Below, piece by piece: positions 20,907 to 29,858 of a DNA stretch of 64,000 nt. Positions within the stretch are counted from its first letter, which is position 1; every line of letters starts with the position of its first letter. This stretch comes from an uncultured delta proteobacterium (lineage in GTDB: Bacteria; Desulfobacterota; Desulfobacteria; Desulfobacterales; JAFDCJ01). Below the pieces are notes generated by a model. That model had not been told where the DNA came from, did no database searches, and saw only the letters and a list, made by a program, of their open reading frames with translations. Made by a program: the position numbers and the translations under genes. Location of the stretch: NCBI GenBank assembly GCA_963769935.1, contig CAVYNY010000001.1:1-64000 (forward strand), in the 5' to 3' direction.

Positions 20907-21647
20907 ATGCCGATTGATTCGATTGAAAGGCTTGAATCCTGCTTGGCCGGAGCGGAAGCCTTTCGCCTCAAAAATAATCGCCCTTTTATTACGGTCAGCT
21001 ATGCCCAGAGCGTGGACGGCAGCATTGCGACCCGAAGCAGGCAGCCAATCGGCCTGAGCGGTCCGGAGTCGGCACACCTGACCCATCAAATCCGTGCCTG
21101 CAGCGACGCCATCCTGATCGGAATCGGAACACTTTTGGCCGACGATCCAGAGCTGAACGTGCGCCTGGTGGAAGGAAGCAGCCCCCAACCGATCATTCTG
21201 GACACGCATCTGCGAACCCCGTTGAATGCCAGACTCATGCGACGATCCGATACCCGGCCCTGGATCATAAACGGTGAAGATAACGGAGGTGAGCAGTTCC
21301 TGGCGCTGCAGGATGCCGGATCGACCCCTATTCGCTGTGCCGCCTCCCGGGCTGGAAAAATCGATCTGCATGCCCTGATGAAGATTCTGACCGAAAAGCG
21401 GATCAACAGCCTCATGGTGGAGGGTGGCGCCCGGGTGATAACCAGCTTTGTCAATTCCCGGTTGGTGGATCAATTTATCGTGACGGTTTCCCCGAGATTT
21501 GTGGGCGGACTGCCGGTAATCGATTCCGACGGCCTGCAATTCGCTACTCATTTGGAGCTGGCGGAGGTAAGTTACCGGCATGCAGGCAATGACCTGATCA
21601 TATGGGCCCGCCCGAAGTGGGGTGATAATTTCAAAGAAAATTTTTAA
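20907..21647 (+). CDS. RibD C-terminal (pyrimidine reductase/DHFR-like) domain protein
   Basis: RPFITVSYAQSVDGSIA, DAILIGIGTLLADDPEL and LMVEGG motifs. No deaminase domain. Confidence 0.88.
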   Translation: MPIDSIERLESCLAGAEAFRLKNNRPFITVSYAQSVDGSIATRSRQPIGLSGPESAHLTHQIRACSDAILIGIGTLLADDPELNVRLVEGSSPQPIILDTHLRTPLNARLMRRSDTRPWIINGEDNGGEQFLALQDAGSTPIRCAASRAGKIDLHALMKILTEKRINSLMVEGGARVITSFVNSRLVDQFIVTVSPRFVGGLPVIDSDGLQFATHLELAEVSYRHAGNDLIIWARPKWGDNFKENF

Positions 21648-21740
21648 GATTGCGAGTGATGGATCATCAAGGACAATGGCAAATTCGGCGAGGCGCAAGG
21701 TGCAAGGCGCAGGGCCCAAGGCTGAAGGAATGAATTTTTC

Positions 21741-21820
21741 ATCACGAAAGCACGAAGGGACGAAAATAGGAAAAGGAATAAAATAATTTTTGTGCCTTCT
21801 AAATTTCGTGCTTTCGTGAT
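21741..21820. repeat. ATCACGAAAGCACGAA...TTCGTGCTTTCGTGAT hairpin element, copy 1
   Basis: 16-bp perfect terminal inverted repeat. Family copies lie at 23070 and 24810. Confidence 0.85.
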
Positions 21821-21892
21821 TAATTTTTTTTTAGTTCCTCGATAAATGGGAATTTCGGTTTCACACCAACCAGCTTTTCCGGATTACGTGTT

Positions 21893-22921
21893 ATGCAGCG
21901 AACATCGGTCATTTTTAAAAATCCGTATGAAATCGAACTTATCCAAAGTCCCCTGCCCGCCCCCGGTGAGGAAGAAGTTCTGGTAAAGACCCGGATTTCA
22001 GGCATCAGTCCGGGCACAGAGCTGCTGGTCTATCGCGGCCGGTTTCCGACCGGCCTGCCGGTGGATACAGCCATTCCCACCCTGGCTCGCCCTTTCAGCT
22101 ACCCGCTCGCGTACGGGTATGCCTCCGTTGGAAAGGTTGTCGCGGTTGGCCGCTCAGCAAAAAAAGAACTGTTAGACCGGTCGGTCTTCTGCTTTCATCC
22201 CCACGAAAGCCATTATACAATCCACCAGAATCAGCTGATTCTGCTTCCCGACGATATCGATCCGGTCGAGGCTGCATTTTTAGCGACCATGGAAACCGCG
22301 GTTAATTTTTTAATGGACGGCCGGCCGGTCATCGGCGAAAATGTGGTGATATTCGGGCTGGGCATTGTCGGCTTGTTGACCACTGCCTTGCTTGCTCGAC
22401 TGCCGCTGGGCAATCTGATTGCGCTGGACCCCTATGCGCTCAGGCGCGAAAACGCTGAAATTGCCGGGGCCCGGACTGTATTGGATCCAGACGCAGCGAG
22501 TGTGCTCGATGAAGCGGAAAGAGTGCTGGAATCCGCCACCGGTGAAGAGGGAGCCGATTTGGTTTATGAATTATCCGGCAATCCGGCCGCATTGAATCAG
22601 GCGCTGGCAATTGCCGGGCCCGGTGCACGCATTGTGATCGGCTCATGGTACGGCACCAAAAAGGCGGAGCTGGACCTGGGCGGCCGGTTTCATCGCAACC
22701 GGATCCGGCTGATCAGCAGCCAGGTAAGCACCCTGGCGCCGCAGTTTTCCGCCCGCTGGACCAAAAACCGGCGCATGAATGTAGCTCTGGAAATGATTCG
22801 CCAGTTGAATCCCGGCCGCTTTGTCACCCACCGTTTCGACGTTCAGCAGGCCGCGGCGGCCTATGACCTTCTGGACCAAAGACCGCAGGAGGCCGTTCAG
22901 GTGCTTTTAACCTATGAGTAG
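21893..22921 (+). CDS. MDR-family (zinc-binding-like) alcohol dehydrogenase
   Basis: SGISPGTE, GYASVG, HPHES and the Rossmann motif FGLGIVG. Confidence 0.88.
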   Translation: MQRTSVIFKNPYEIELIQSPLPAPGEEEVLVKTRISGISPGTELLVYRGRFPTGLPVDTAIPTLARPFSYPLAYGYASVGKVVAVGRSAKKELLDRSVFCFHPHESHYTIHQNQLILLPDDIDPVEAAFLATMETAVNFLMDGRPVIGENVVIFGLGIVGLLTTALLARLPLGNLIALDPYALRRENAEIAGARTVLDPDAASVLDEAERVLESATGEEGADLVYELSGNPAALNQALAIAGPGARIVIGSWYGTKKAELDLGGRFHRNRIRLISSQVSTLAPQFSARWTKNRRMNVALEMIRQLNPGRFVTHRFDVQQAAAAYDLLDQRPQEAVQVLLTYE

Positions 22922-23069
22922 GATGGCCATGGATGTTATCCTCTGTGCTTCTGTCCTGCAATATTTCTAAATCAACAGAAGAAGCTGCTCGAAGCAATGC
23001 CTAAAATTACAAAATGCCTAAAATGCCTAAAATTGAGGTATTCTGTCGATCTTAAGGAAAAATTTTTTC

Positions 23070-23150
23070 ATCACGAAAACACGAAATATAGAAAGCACGA
23101 AATTTATCTTTCCTCCCTTTCGTGTCTTCGTCCTTTCGAGCTTTCGTGAT
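23070..23150. repeat. ATCACGAAA hairpin element, copy 2
   Basis: atcacgaaaacacgaa...ttcgagctttcgtgat. Confidence 0.85.
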
Positions 23151-23224
23151 TAATTTCTTTTTTGATTCTCCGCCTCAGGCGGATCCAGGTTGGGATTTAA
23201 AATATTATCACAAGGAGCCGACCC

Positions 23225-23611
23225 ATGTACACGGTAGCAGTCAAACGTGATTTTATCGCCCGGCATTATCTGACCGGCGGGGATTGGGGTGAGGAAAATG
23301 AAACGCATGGGCACCATTATACGATCGAAGTCCGCCTGGAGGGCCTTAATCTCGATGACCACGGTTATCTGACGGATATCTGCGACATCGAGTCGGTGCT
23401 CGATACCCGGATCGCCTATTTCAGGGACAAGATACTCAATAAGCTGCCCGAGTTCGAGGGTCTGAATCCCAGCATCGAGCATTTTGCCCGAATTCTTTGC
23501 CAAACCCTGGCAGCCAATATTCAAACCCGTCCTCTAAGCGCGATGGCCGTTAAGCTTTGGGAAAATGAATCGGCCTGGGCCCAATTTCGTCAAACATTCA
23601 AATCCGGATAA
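23225..23611 (+). CDS. 6-pyruvoyl-tetrahydropterin synthase / QueD superfamily (COG0720) protein
   Basis: FIARH, HGHHY, NPSIEHFA and LWEN motifs. No Cys precedes HGH. Confidence 0.88.
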   Translation: MYTVAVKRDFIARHYLTGGDWGEENETHGHHYTIEVRLEGLNLDDHGYLTDICDIESVLDTRIAYFRDKILNKLPEFEGLNPSIEHFARILCQTLAANIQTRPLSAMAVKLWENESAWAQFRQTFKSG

Positions 23612-23644
23612 ACAGCAGGTCGGAAATTCCTTCCCGGGGAACAA

Positions 23645-24736
23645 ATGCATATTGGGCTGATCATCTATGGAAGTCTGGCCACTCTTACCGGCGGGTATAT
23701 TTACGATCGGATCCTGGTTGACTTCATGCAACAGCGTGGCCACCAGGTTGAAATTATCTCACTGCCCCAGCGGCGCTTCGGAAGTCATTTACTGGATAAC
23801 TTCTGCAGCCGATGGGTAACGAATTCGCCGGCCCTGCAATTTGATCTCCTCCTGCAGGATGAACTTTGCCATCCATCTCTATGCCGGGTTAACCACCGTC
23901 TTCGAAAAAAAGCACATTTTCCCGTGGTCGCCATTGTGCATCAGGTGCTGTGCCGCCAACCGCGAAGCCGCCTGCTCAACCGCATTTACGAAACCGTCGA
24001 ACGACCTTATCTTAATTCCGTCGACGCATTTGTTTTCAACAGCAACACTACCCGTCAAAGCGTTGAAAAACTCGTCGCCGGCCGCCGGCCGGCCGTTGTG
24101 GCCTGTCCGGCCGGGGACCGGCTGGGTTGTCTGGCGTCACCGGAGCGGATCGAATCCAGGGCCATGTCCCCCGGCCCGCTCAGGCTGATATTCGTCGGCA
24201 ATGTGCTGCCCAACAAGGGGCTGCTGCCGCTGATCCGGGGGTTGTCGAAACTGCCCTCTGAATCCTGGCACCTGACGGTTGCGGGCAGCCGGGGAATGGA
24301 CCGCCGCTATTCCCGCAGGGTTCAAAAATTGGCCGCCGCCCAAAATATGGGGCAGCAGGTTGCGTTTGCAGGTCCCCTGGACGGTCCTGATTTGGCGTCG
24401 CTTTTAACCCGAAGTCATGTTTTTGTCATGCCCTATTCCCATGAGGGCTTCGGAATGGCCCATCTTGAAGCCATGGGGTTCGGCCTGCCCGTCATCGGCT
24501 CTTCAAGAGGGGCGGTCAAGGAATTTGTGTTACCGGAGCGAAACGGATTTTTGATCGACCCCGGTGATGTTCAGACAGCCCTGGCCTGCCTGAGTCGATT
24601 GAACCGTGATCGTCAATTGCTGGTCAAAATGAGCCGCGCCGCCCTGCAAACATTTCATGAACGTCCGCACTGGAGTGATACAATGACGGTAGTCCATCGA
24701 TTTTTAAGCGATCTGGTGAGCAAAGAACTGGTTTAG
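23645..24736 (+). CDS. Glycosyltransferase family 4
   Basis: LTGGYIYD N-terminal motif and the EGFGMAHLEAM (E-x7-E) motif. Confidence 0.92.
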   Translation: MHIGLIIYGSLATLTGGYIYDRILVDFMQQRGHQVEIISLPQRRFGSHLLDNFCSRWVTNSPALQFDLLLQDELCHPSLCRVNHRLRKKAHFPVVAIVHQVLCRQPRSRLLNRIYETVERPYLNSVDAFVFNSNTTRQSVEKLVAGRRPAVVACPAGDRLGCLASPERIESRAMSPGPLRLIFVGNVLPNKGLLPLIRGLSKLPSESWHLTVAGSRGMDRRYSRRVQKLAAAQNMGQQVAFAGPLDGPDLASLLTRSHVFVMPYSHEGFGMAHLEAMGFGLPVIGSSRGAVKEFVLPERNGFLIDPGDVQTALACLSRLNRDRQLLVKMSRAALQTFHERPHWSDTMTVVHRFLSDLVSKELV

Positions 24737-24809
24737 TCAGTTGTGAACTTCCGACTCAGACTCGGAGCGTCTGGGTTATTCAAGAAACTAACTTAAAAAG
24801 TAAAAGCCA

Positions 24810-24883
24810 ATCACGAAAGCGCGAAATAAAATCTAATATAAACCGTCGTTTTTCGTGGTTTCCTTCTTTCGTGCTTTCGTGAT
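24810..24883. repeat. ATCACGAAA hairpin element, copy 3
   Basis: atcacgaaagcgcgaa...ttcgtgctttcgtgat. Confidence 0.85.
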
Positions 24884-24942
24884 GAATAAATTTTTAGGCT
24901 CACGACTCATGAGCGCAGATTCAAGTTTATTAGGAGTTATCC

Positions 24943-26601
24943 GTGGTAGGTTTCAAATATATTTGCGCCGGTTTTTTATCATTATTAAAAAAACTCAAGC
25001 CCACCCTGGCATTCATCCTGTCGGTGTGCTTTCTCGATGTGGTGCTTAACATCCGGTATCCGGCATCGGATCTGCCGCTGTGGACGCTTTTCAAGCTTTC
25101 ACCGGAAATCCTCGGTATCATCCTGATCATATGGCTGACAGTCGTTTTGAGGATTCGGTTTCAGGCGGCCGTATTTATACCGCTGATTGCTTGGGTGATA
25201 TTTCTGCGCCTGTTCCGGATTGGTGATGTTCTGGTACCGATGTATTTTTTCCGGCCTTTTAACCTGTATCTGGATTCGCGGTTTTTGCCGGATCTGATCC
25301 ATCTGCTGTACACGACCACGCCGCACCGGACATTCATATTCGGGATTTCATTTGCCGCGGGACTGCTGATTGGCGTCGCGTTGCTTTTGCAGCTCTCATT
25401 TAAAGCCATCCACAGCTATTTGTCGGCTTCGCCTATCCGTTGCCGGGCTATGGGGGCCGTAACAGCAGGCCTGATGCTGCTGTCTTTTCTTATGGCCGGC
25501 ACCCCCCTGGCTGACAATCCGTTCCTGACCCGGAGCTTCTTCGGCCGGGTGGCGGAAGAATTTGATTTTATTCTGCAGGTCAAAAGCCACCGCGCCCGGA
25601 ATATGGCGGTAATCGGATCGGTGTTGGAAAAAAGCAGGACGTTGCCATCGTCTTTGGATAAGCTGCACGGTGCCGATGTGTATCTTTTCTTTGTCGAATC
25701 CTACGGTTACACCATTTTTAGCGATCCGCGCCATTTCCCGAAAATCAAGCCCGATCTGCTCGCTTTGGAAAAGAAGTTAAAGGATCAGGGGTTCGGCATC
25801 GTTTCGAACTTTTTCAGTTCACCCACCTTCGGCGGTTCCTCCTGGCTGGCCCATGCCAGCCTTGCCAGCGGTGTTCATCTCAACAGCCAGATGCGCTACA
25901 ATCTGCTGATTACCTCGCAGGTCAAAAGCCTTGCCCGCTATTTCAACGGCGCCGGCTATCGTACGGTATTATCGATGCCCGACACCCAGTGGCCCTGGCC
26001 GGAAGGTGATTTTTACGGTTATCAGGCAAAATACTATGCCTGGAATTTCGACTACCGGGGTCCCACGTACGGCTGGTCGACCATGCCCGACCAGTATGTA
26101 CTGGACTTCATCCGGCGCCGCGAAATGACAAAGCCGGGCCGGCCCCAGTTTATCGAGTTCATCTTGGGCAGCAGCCATGCACCTTTTCACCGCCAGCCGC
26201 CCTATCTGCCTGATTGGTCCCGCATCGGCAACGGCGCCGTTTACAATAATCTTGAAGTAATTACATTTCCCATTGTGTGGCCCGATCTGACCAATGCCTC
26301 CGAGGGCTATGTGGCTGCCATCCGCTACGATCTGACCGTCTTGAGTGAGTTCATCTCGCAGTTTGTAAAGGACGACGCCTTGATCGTTATTTTAGGCGAC
26401 CACCAGCCGAATGTTCAGCTGACCGGCCCAAATCAGCTCTGGTCGGTCCCCGTGCATGTTCTCAGCCGCGACAAGGATTTTATAAAAGCTTTTCAAAACC
26501 GCGGTTTTCTGCCCGGTCTCATTCCTACCCAGCCGCCGCCCCATCGCGGGATGGAAAGCTTTTTGTTCGATTTCCTGGAAGACTTCAGCACGCAGGAATA
26601 G
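24943..26601 (+). CDS. Membrane-anchored alkaline-phosphatase/sulfatase superfamily protein (LtaS/MdoB-like architecture)
   Basis: N-terminal transmembrane helices, then FVESYG, SPTFGGSSWLAH, SSHAP and LGDHQP metal-site motifs. Confidence 0.82.
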   Translation: MVGFKYICAGFLSLLKKLKPTLAFILSVCFLDVVLNIRYPASDLPLWTLFKLSPEILGIILIIWLTVVLRIRFQAAVFIPLIAWVIFLRLFRIGDVLVPMYFFRPFNLYLDSRFLPDLIHLLYTTTPHRTFIFGISFAAGLLIGVALLLQLSFKAIHSYLSASPIRCRAMGAVTAGLMLLSFLMAGTPLADNPFLTRSFFGRVAEEFDFILQVKSHRARNMAVIGSVLEKSRTLPSSLDKLHGADVYLFFVESYGYTIFSDPRHFPKIKPDLLALEKKLKDQGFGIVSNFFSSPTFGGSSWLAHASLASGVHLNSQMRYNLLITSQVKSLARYFNGAGYRTVLSMPDTQWPWPEGDFYGYQAKYYAWNFDYRGPTYGWSTMPDQYVLDFIRRREMTKPGRPQFIEFILGSSHAPFHRQPPYLPDWSRIGNGAVYNNLEVITFPIVWPDLTNASEGYVAAIRYDLTVLSEFISQFVKDDALIVILGDHQPNVQLTGPNQLWSVPVHVLSRDKDFIKAFQNRGFLPGLIPTQPPPHRGMESFLFDFLEDFSTQE

Positions 26602-26795
26602 CAGCTGTTGATGTTGAGGACGAAATGCACTTCCGGCCGTGCCTTCGCATTTAAGGAGTTGTTTATTTTCCAAACATATTGTATCCGTATATATTCCGGA
26701 GAAAATTTTTTATCCTCTTTTTCCTGGAGATTTGACACCCCGTCACCCTCGGAAGCCGTTGTCGCGCAGATCATCTGGTTAAAGGAGAAGACGTC

Positions 26796-29700
26796 ATGCC
26801 GACCAATAAGAAAAAACCCGCCGCCAAAAAGCTCTCCCGGGCGCATAAAGCCGGCGACGAGAGTCGGGAAACTAAAAAACAGGCCAAGGAAGCCCGCCAA
26901 AAATCCGATGGCCGTCAGCAGACGCAAGCCGAACCCGCTAAGCCTGCCGAAGGCGAAGGATTATTTCCCATTGTGGGCATCGGCGCATCGGCCGGCGGCC
27001 TGGAGGCGTTGGAGGCTTTTTTTGAAAACCTGCCGCTCGAAAACGGGATTGCCTGTGTTGTCATCACCCACACTGACCCGAAGCGCACCAGCCTGCTGCC
27101 GAGCATCATCAAAAGAAAAACCAAAATTTCCGTCAAACAGATCGAAGATGAGATGCCCGTTGAGCCGAACACCATCTACCTGCCACCGTCCGACCGCGAT
27201 TTGCTGCTTAATAAGCAATATTTTCAGCTGAAAAAAAGGCCGGCCAGGGATGCGATCCACCTGCCGATTGATCTATTTTTGCGGCATTTGGCCGCCGAAT
27301 GCGGCGAACGGGCTGCTTGCGTCATCCTGTCCGGCACCGGAACCGACGGCACCCATGGGCTGCGCGCCATCAAAGAAAAATCCGGCCTGGCAGTGGTTCA
27401 AAAGCCGGATTCGGCCAGGCACTCGGGCATGCCGGCCAGTGCAATCGACACCGGCCTGGTGGACTTCGTGCTTTCCCCGCAGGAAATGCCCGGCCGGCTG
27501 ATCGAATATTTCAAGCATCCCGACTCAATTAAACCCATCCCGCAAAAAGAGCCCCAAAAAGAGCCCGACAAAATCCATCAAATCCTTGCCCTTCTGGCCA
27601 AACACACCCGCCACGATTTTAGCCTGTATAAAGCCAGCACGCTTCAGCGGCGCATCGGACGGCGCATTGCCGTGACCCGCAGCCGGGATTCATCCGAATA
27701 TCTCCAGGTCCTGTATCGGAACAACCTGGAGGTCCAGGCCCTGTTTCAGGACCTGCTCATCGGCGTCACCAGCTTTTTCAGGGATGCGGGCGCCTTTGCC
27801 TATTTAAAAGAAAACGTGCTGGCTGAACTGTTTGCCCGTAATAAGGAGGGCCAAAGCCTGCGGGTGTGGGTGCCGGGCTGCGCCACCGGCGAAGAAGCCT
27901 ATTCCGTGGCTATCATTTTAAAAGAATACATGGAAGAAAAAGACAGCTCGCGCGAAATACAGATCTTCGGCACCGATATCGATCCGCGCGCCATCAAAAA
28001 GGCCCGCGCCGGCGAATATCTGGAAAACATCGCCGCCGACGTCGGCGCCGAACGGTTTAAACGGTTTTTTGTCAAAAAAAACAGTCGCTACCTGGTCAAA
28101 CGCGACATCCGCGAACCGGTGGTATTTGCCGAGCAAAACCTGCTGCGCGATCCGCCCTTCTCGGAGTTGGATCTGCTGGTGTGCCGCAACCTGCTCATCT
28201 ATCTTAAGACCGAAGCCCAGGACAGGTTGATCCCGCTGTTCCACTACACCCTGAAAAAAAACGGCATCCTGTTTTTAGGCAGCTCGGAGACTATCGGCCG
28301 TTTTCCCGAACTTTTCGAGCCGTTGAGCAGGTCGCACAGCATCTTTCGCAAAAAGGAAAGCGCAGTCCGGCCCCAGATTCGGTTTCCCGCCGGGAAAATC
28401 GAACCGGAACCCTTCGACGACGAGCGGGAAGACGCAAAGCACACACACGGAGAGGATCATATCAGTCTGGACAAGGCAGTCACAAATGTGCTGCTGGAAG
28501 AGTTCACCCCGGCCTGCGTGGTTGTAAATCATGGCGGCGAAATCGTTTACACCCGCGGCCGGACAGGCAAATACCTGGAACTTGCGCCGGGCAAACCCAA
28601 TTTGAACATTGCCGACATGGCCCGGGATGGTTTGCGCTTTCCGCTGATATCCGCGCTGCGCCAGGCTAAAGAGACCAAGGCGCCGATTCGCGAAACCGGT
28701 CTGAAGGTCAAGACCAACGGCGAGTACCAGTGGATCGACCTGACGGTCAAAGGATTCAGCCGACGGTCGTTGAATGAAGCCTGGCTGGTGGTCTTCGAGG
28801 ACGTTCCCGCTCCGGCGAAAAAGGCCGCAACACCGAATCGAGGCCGGAAAAACGAACGGAAAAAGGATCGCGTCCAGGAACTGGAGCAGGAGATCCTGCG
28901 GGTGCGCCAGGAATACCACAGCGTCAGGGAGGAGCTTGAGACATCCAACGAGGAGCTGCGCTCGTCCAACGAGGAGTTACAGTCGTCCAACGAGGAGCTT
29001 CAGAGCACCAACGAAGAGCTGGAATCGTCCCGCGAGGAGCTTCAGTCGCTCAACGAAGAGCTCAACACCGTCAATGACGAGTTTCAAAATAAAATACTGG
29101 AGCTTCGCGCTTCCTACCAGGTCGTCACCGAGACCCTCAACAGCACCCGGATCGCCATCGTCATATTAGATAAAGACCTGTGCGTTGCCCGCTTCACCAA
29201 GGCGGCCACCGAGCTGATCAATCTGATCGATTCGGACCTGGGACGCCCGCTCGGGCATTTCTCGGACAACCTGGAGTTCGAAGATCTTCCCGGCACCGCC
29301 GCCCGGGTGCTCAATGACCTCGCCCCCTTCGAAGACGAGGTAAAGACCGACGACGGGCACTGGTATCGAATGAGCATCATGGTCCACCGTCAAGTGGATC
29401 ATCTCATCGCAGGCGTCGTGATGACCTTCGTCAACATCGATCCACAGAAAAAGGTCCAGCAGGAGATCGAGGATATGAAAGCCAGGGAAATTCAGTCGGC
29501 CAGGCGATATGCGGAAAATGTCATCGACACGGTCAGGGAATCGCTGCTGGTGCTCGACGAGCAGATGCAGGTGATCTCCGCCAATCGCCGATTTTACCAA
29601 ACCTTTGCTACCGACTCGAAGCAGACTGAGGGCAAAAATTTGTTCGAATTGGGAAACGGCCAGTGGGATATGCCCGAACTGCGCAAACTTATGAAGCAAG

Positions 29701-29858
29701 CTGCCGGGCAGCGCCGATCCTTCGAGGATTTCCGGGTCGAGCATAAGTTTCCGAATATCGGATTCAAGAAAATGCTGCTTAATGCCCGCTATCTCCAATC
29801 AGACACCGAGGATGAAAACAAAGTCCTGCTGGCTATCGAGGATGTGACCGACCGATGA
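26796..29858 (+). CDS. CheB/CheR fusion protein with coiled coil and PAS domains
   Basis: GIGASAGG, LSGTGTDG, VTSFFRD, GCATGEEAYS, CRNLLIY and (S)NEELQ heptads. Confidence 0.95.
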   Translation: MPTNKKKPAAKKLSRAHKAGDESRETKKQAKEARQKSDGRQQTQAEPAKPAEGEGLFPIVGIGASAGGLEALEAFFENLPLENGIACVVITHTDPKRTSLLPSIIKRKTKISVKQIEDEMPVEPNTIYLPPSDRDLLLNKQYFQLKKRPARDAIHLPIDLFLRHLAAECGERAACVILSGTGTDGTHGLRAIKEKSGLAVVQKPDSARHSGMPASAIDTGLVDFVLSPQEMPGRLIEYFKHPDSIKPIPQKEPQKEPDKIHQILALLAKHTRHDFSLYKASTLQRRIGRRIAVTRSRDSSEYLQVLYRNNLEVQALFQDLLIGVTSFFRDAGAFAYLKENVLAELFARNKEGQSLRVWVPGCATGEEAYSVAIILKEYMEEKDSSREIQIFGTDIDPRAIKKARAGEYLENIAADVGAERFKRFFVKKNSRYLVKRDIREPVVFAEQNLLRDPPFSELDLLVCRNLLIYLKTEAQDRLIPLFHYTLKKNGILFLGSSETIGRFPELFEPLSRSHSIFRKKESAVRPQIRFPAGKIEPEPFDDEREDAKHTHGEDHISLDKAVTNVLLEEFTPACVVVNHGGEIVYTRGRTGKYLELAPGKPNLNIADMARDGLRFPLISALRQAKETKAPIRETGLKVKTNGEYQWIDLTVKGFSRRSLNEAWLVVFEDVPAPAKKAATPNRGRKNERKKDRVQELEQEILRVRQEYHSVREELETSNEELRSSNEELQSSNEELQSTNEELESSREELQSLNEELNTVNDEFQNKILELRASYQVVTETLNSTRIAIVILDKDLCVARFTKAATELINLIDSDLGRPLGHFSDNLEFEDLPGTAARVLNDLAPFEDEVKTDDGHWYRMSIMVHRQVDHLIAGVVMTFVNIDPQKKVQQEIEDMKAREIQSARRYAENVIDTVRESLLVLDEQMQVISANRRFYQTFATDSKQTEGKNLFELGNGQWDMPELRKLMKQAAGQRRSFEDFRVEHKFPNIGFKKMLLNARYLQSDTEDENKVLLAIEDVTDR

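Noticed and set aside
20811..21719. 302-aa minus-strand ORF
   Set aside because: Antisense shadow of the RibD-domain gene with no recognisable motifs.
28925..29070. 21-bp periodic repeats (TCCAACGAGGAGCT) resembling an array
   Set aside because: They encode the ordinary SNEELQS coiled-coil heptads of CheB/CheR fusions. There are no spacers, so this is not CRISPR.
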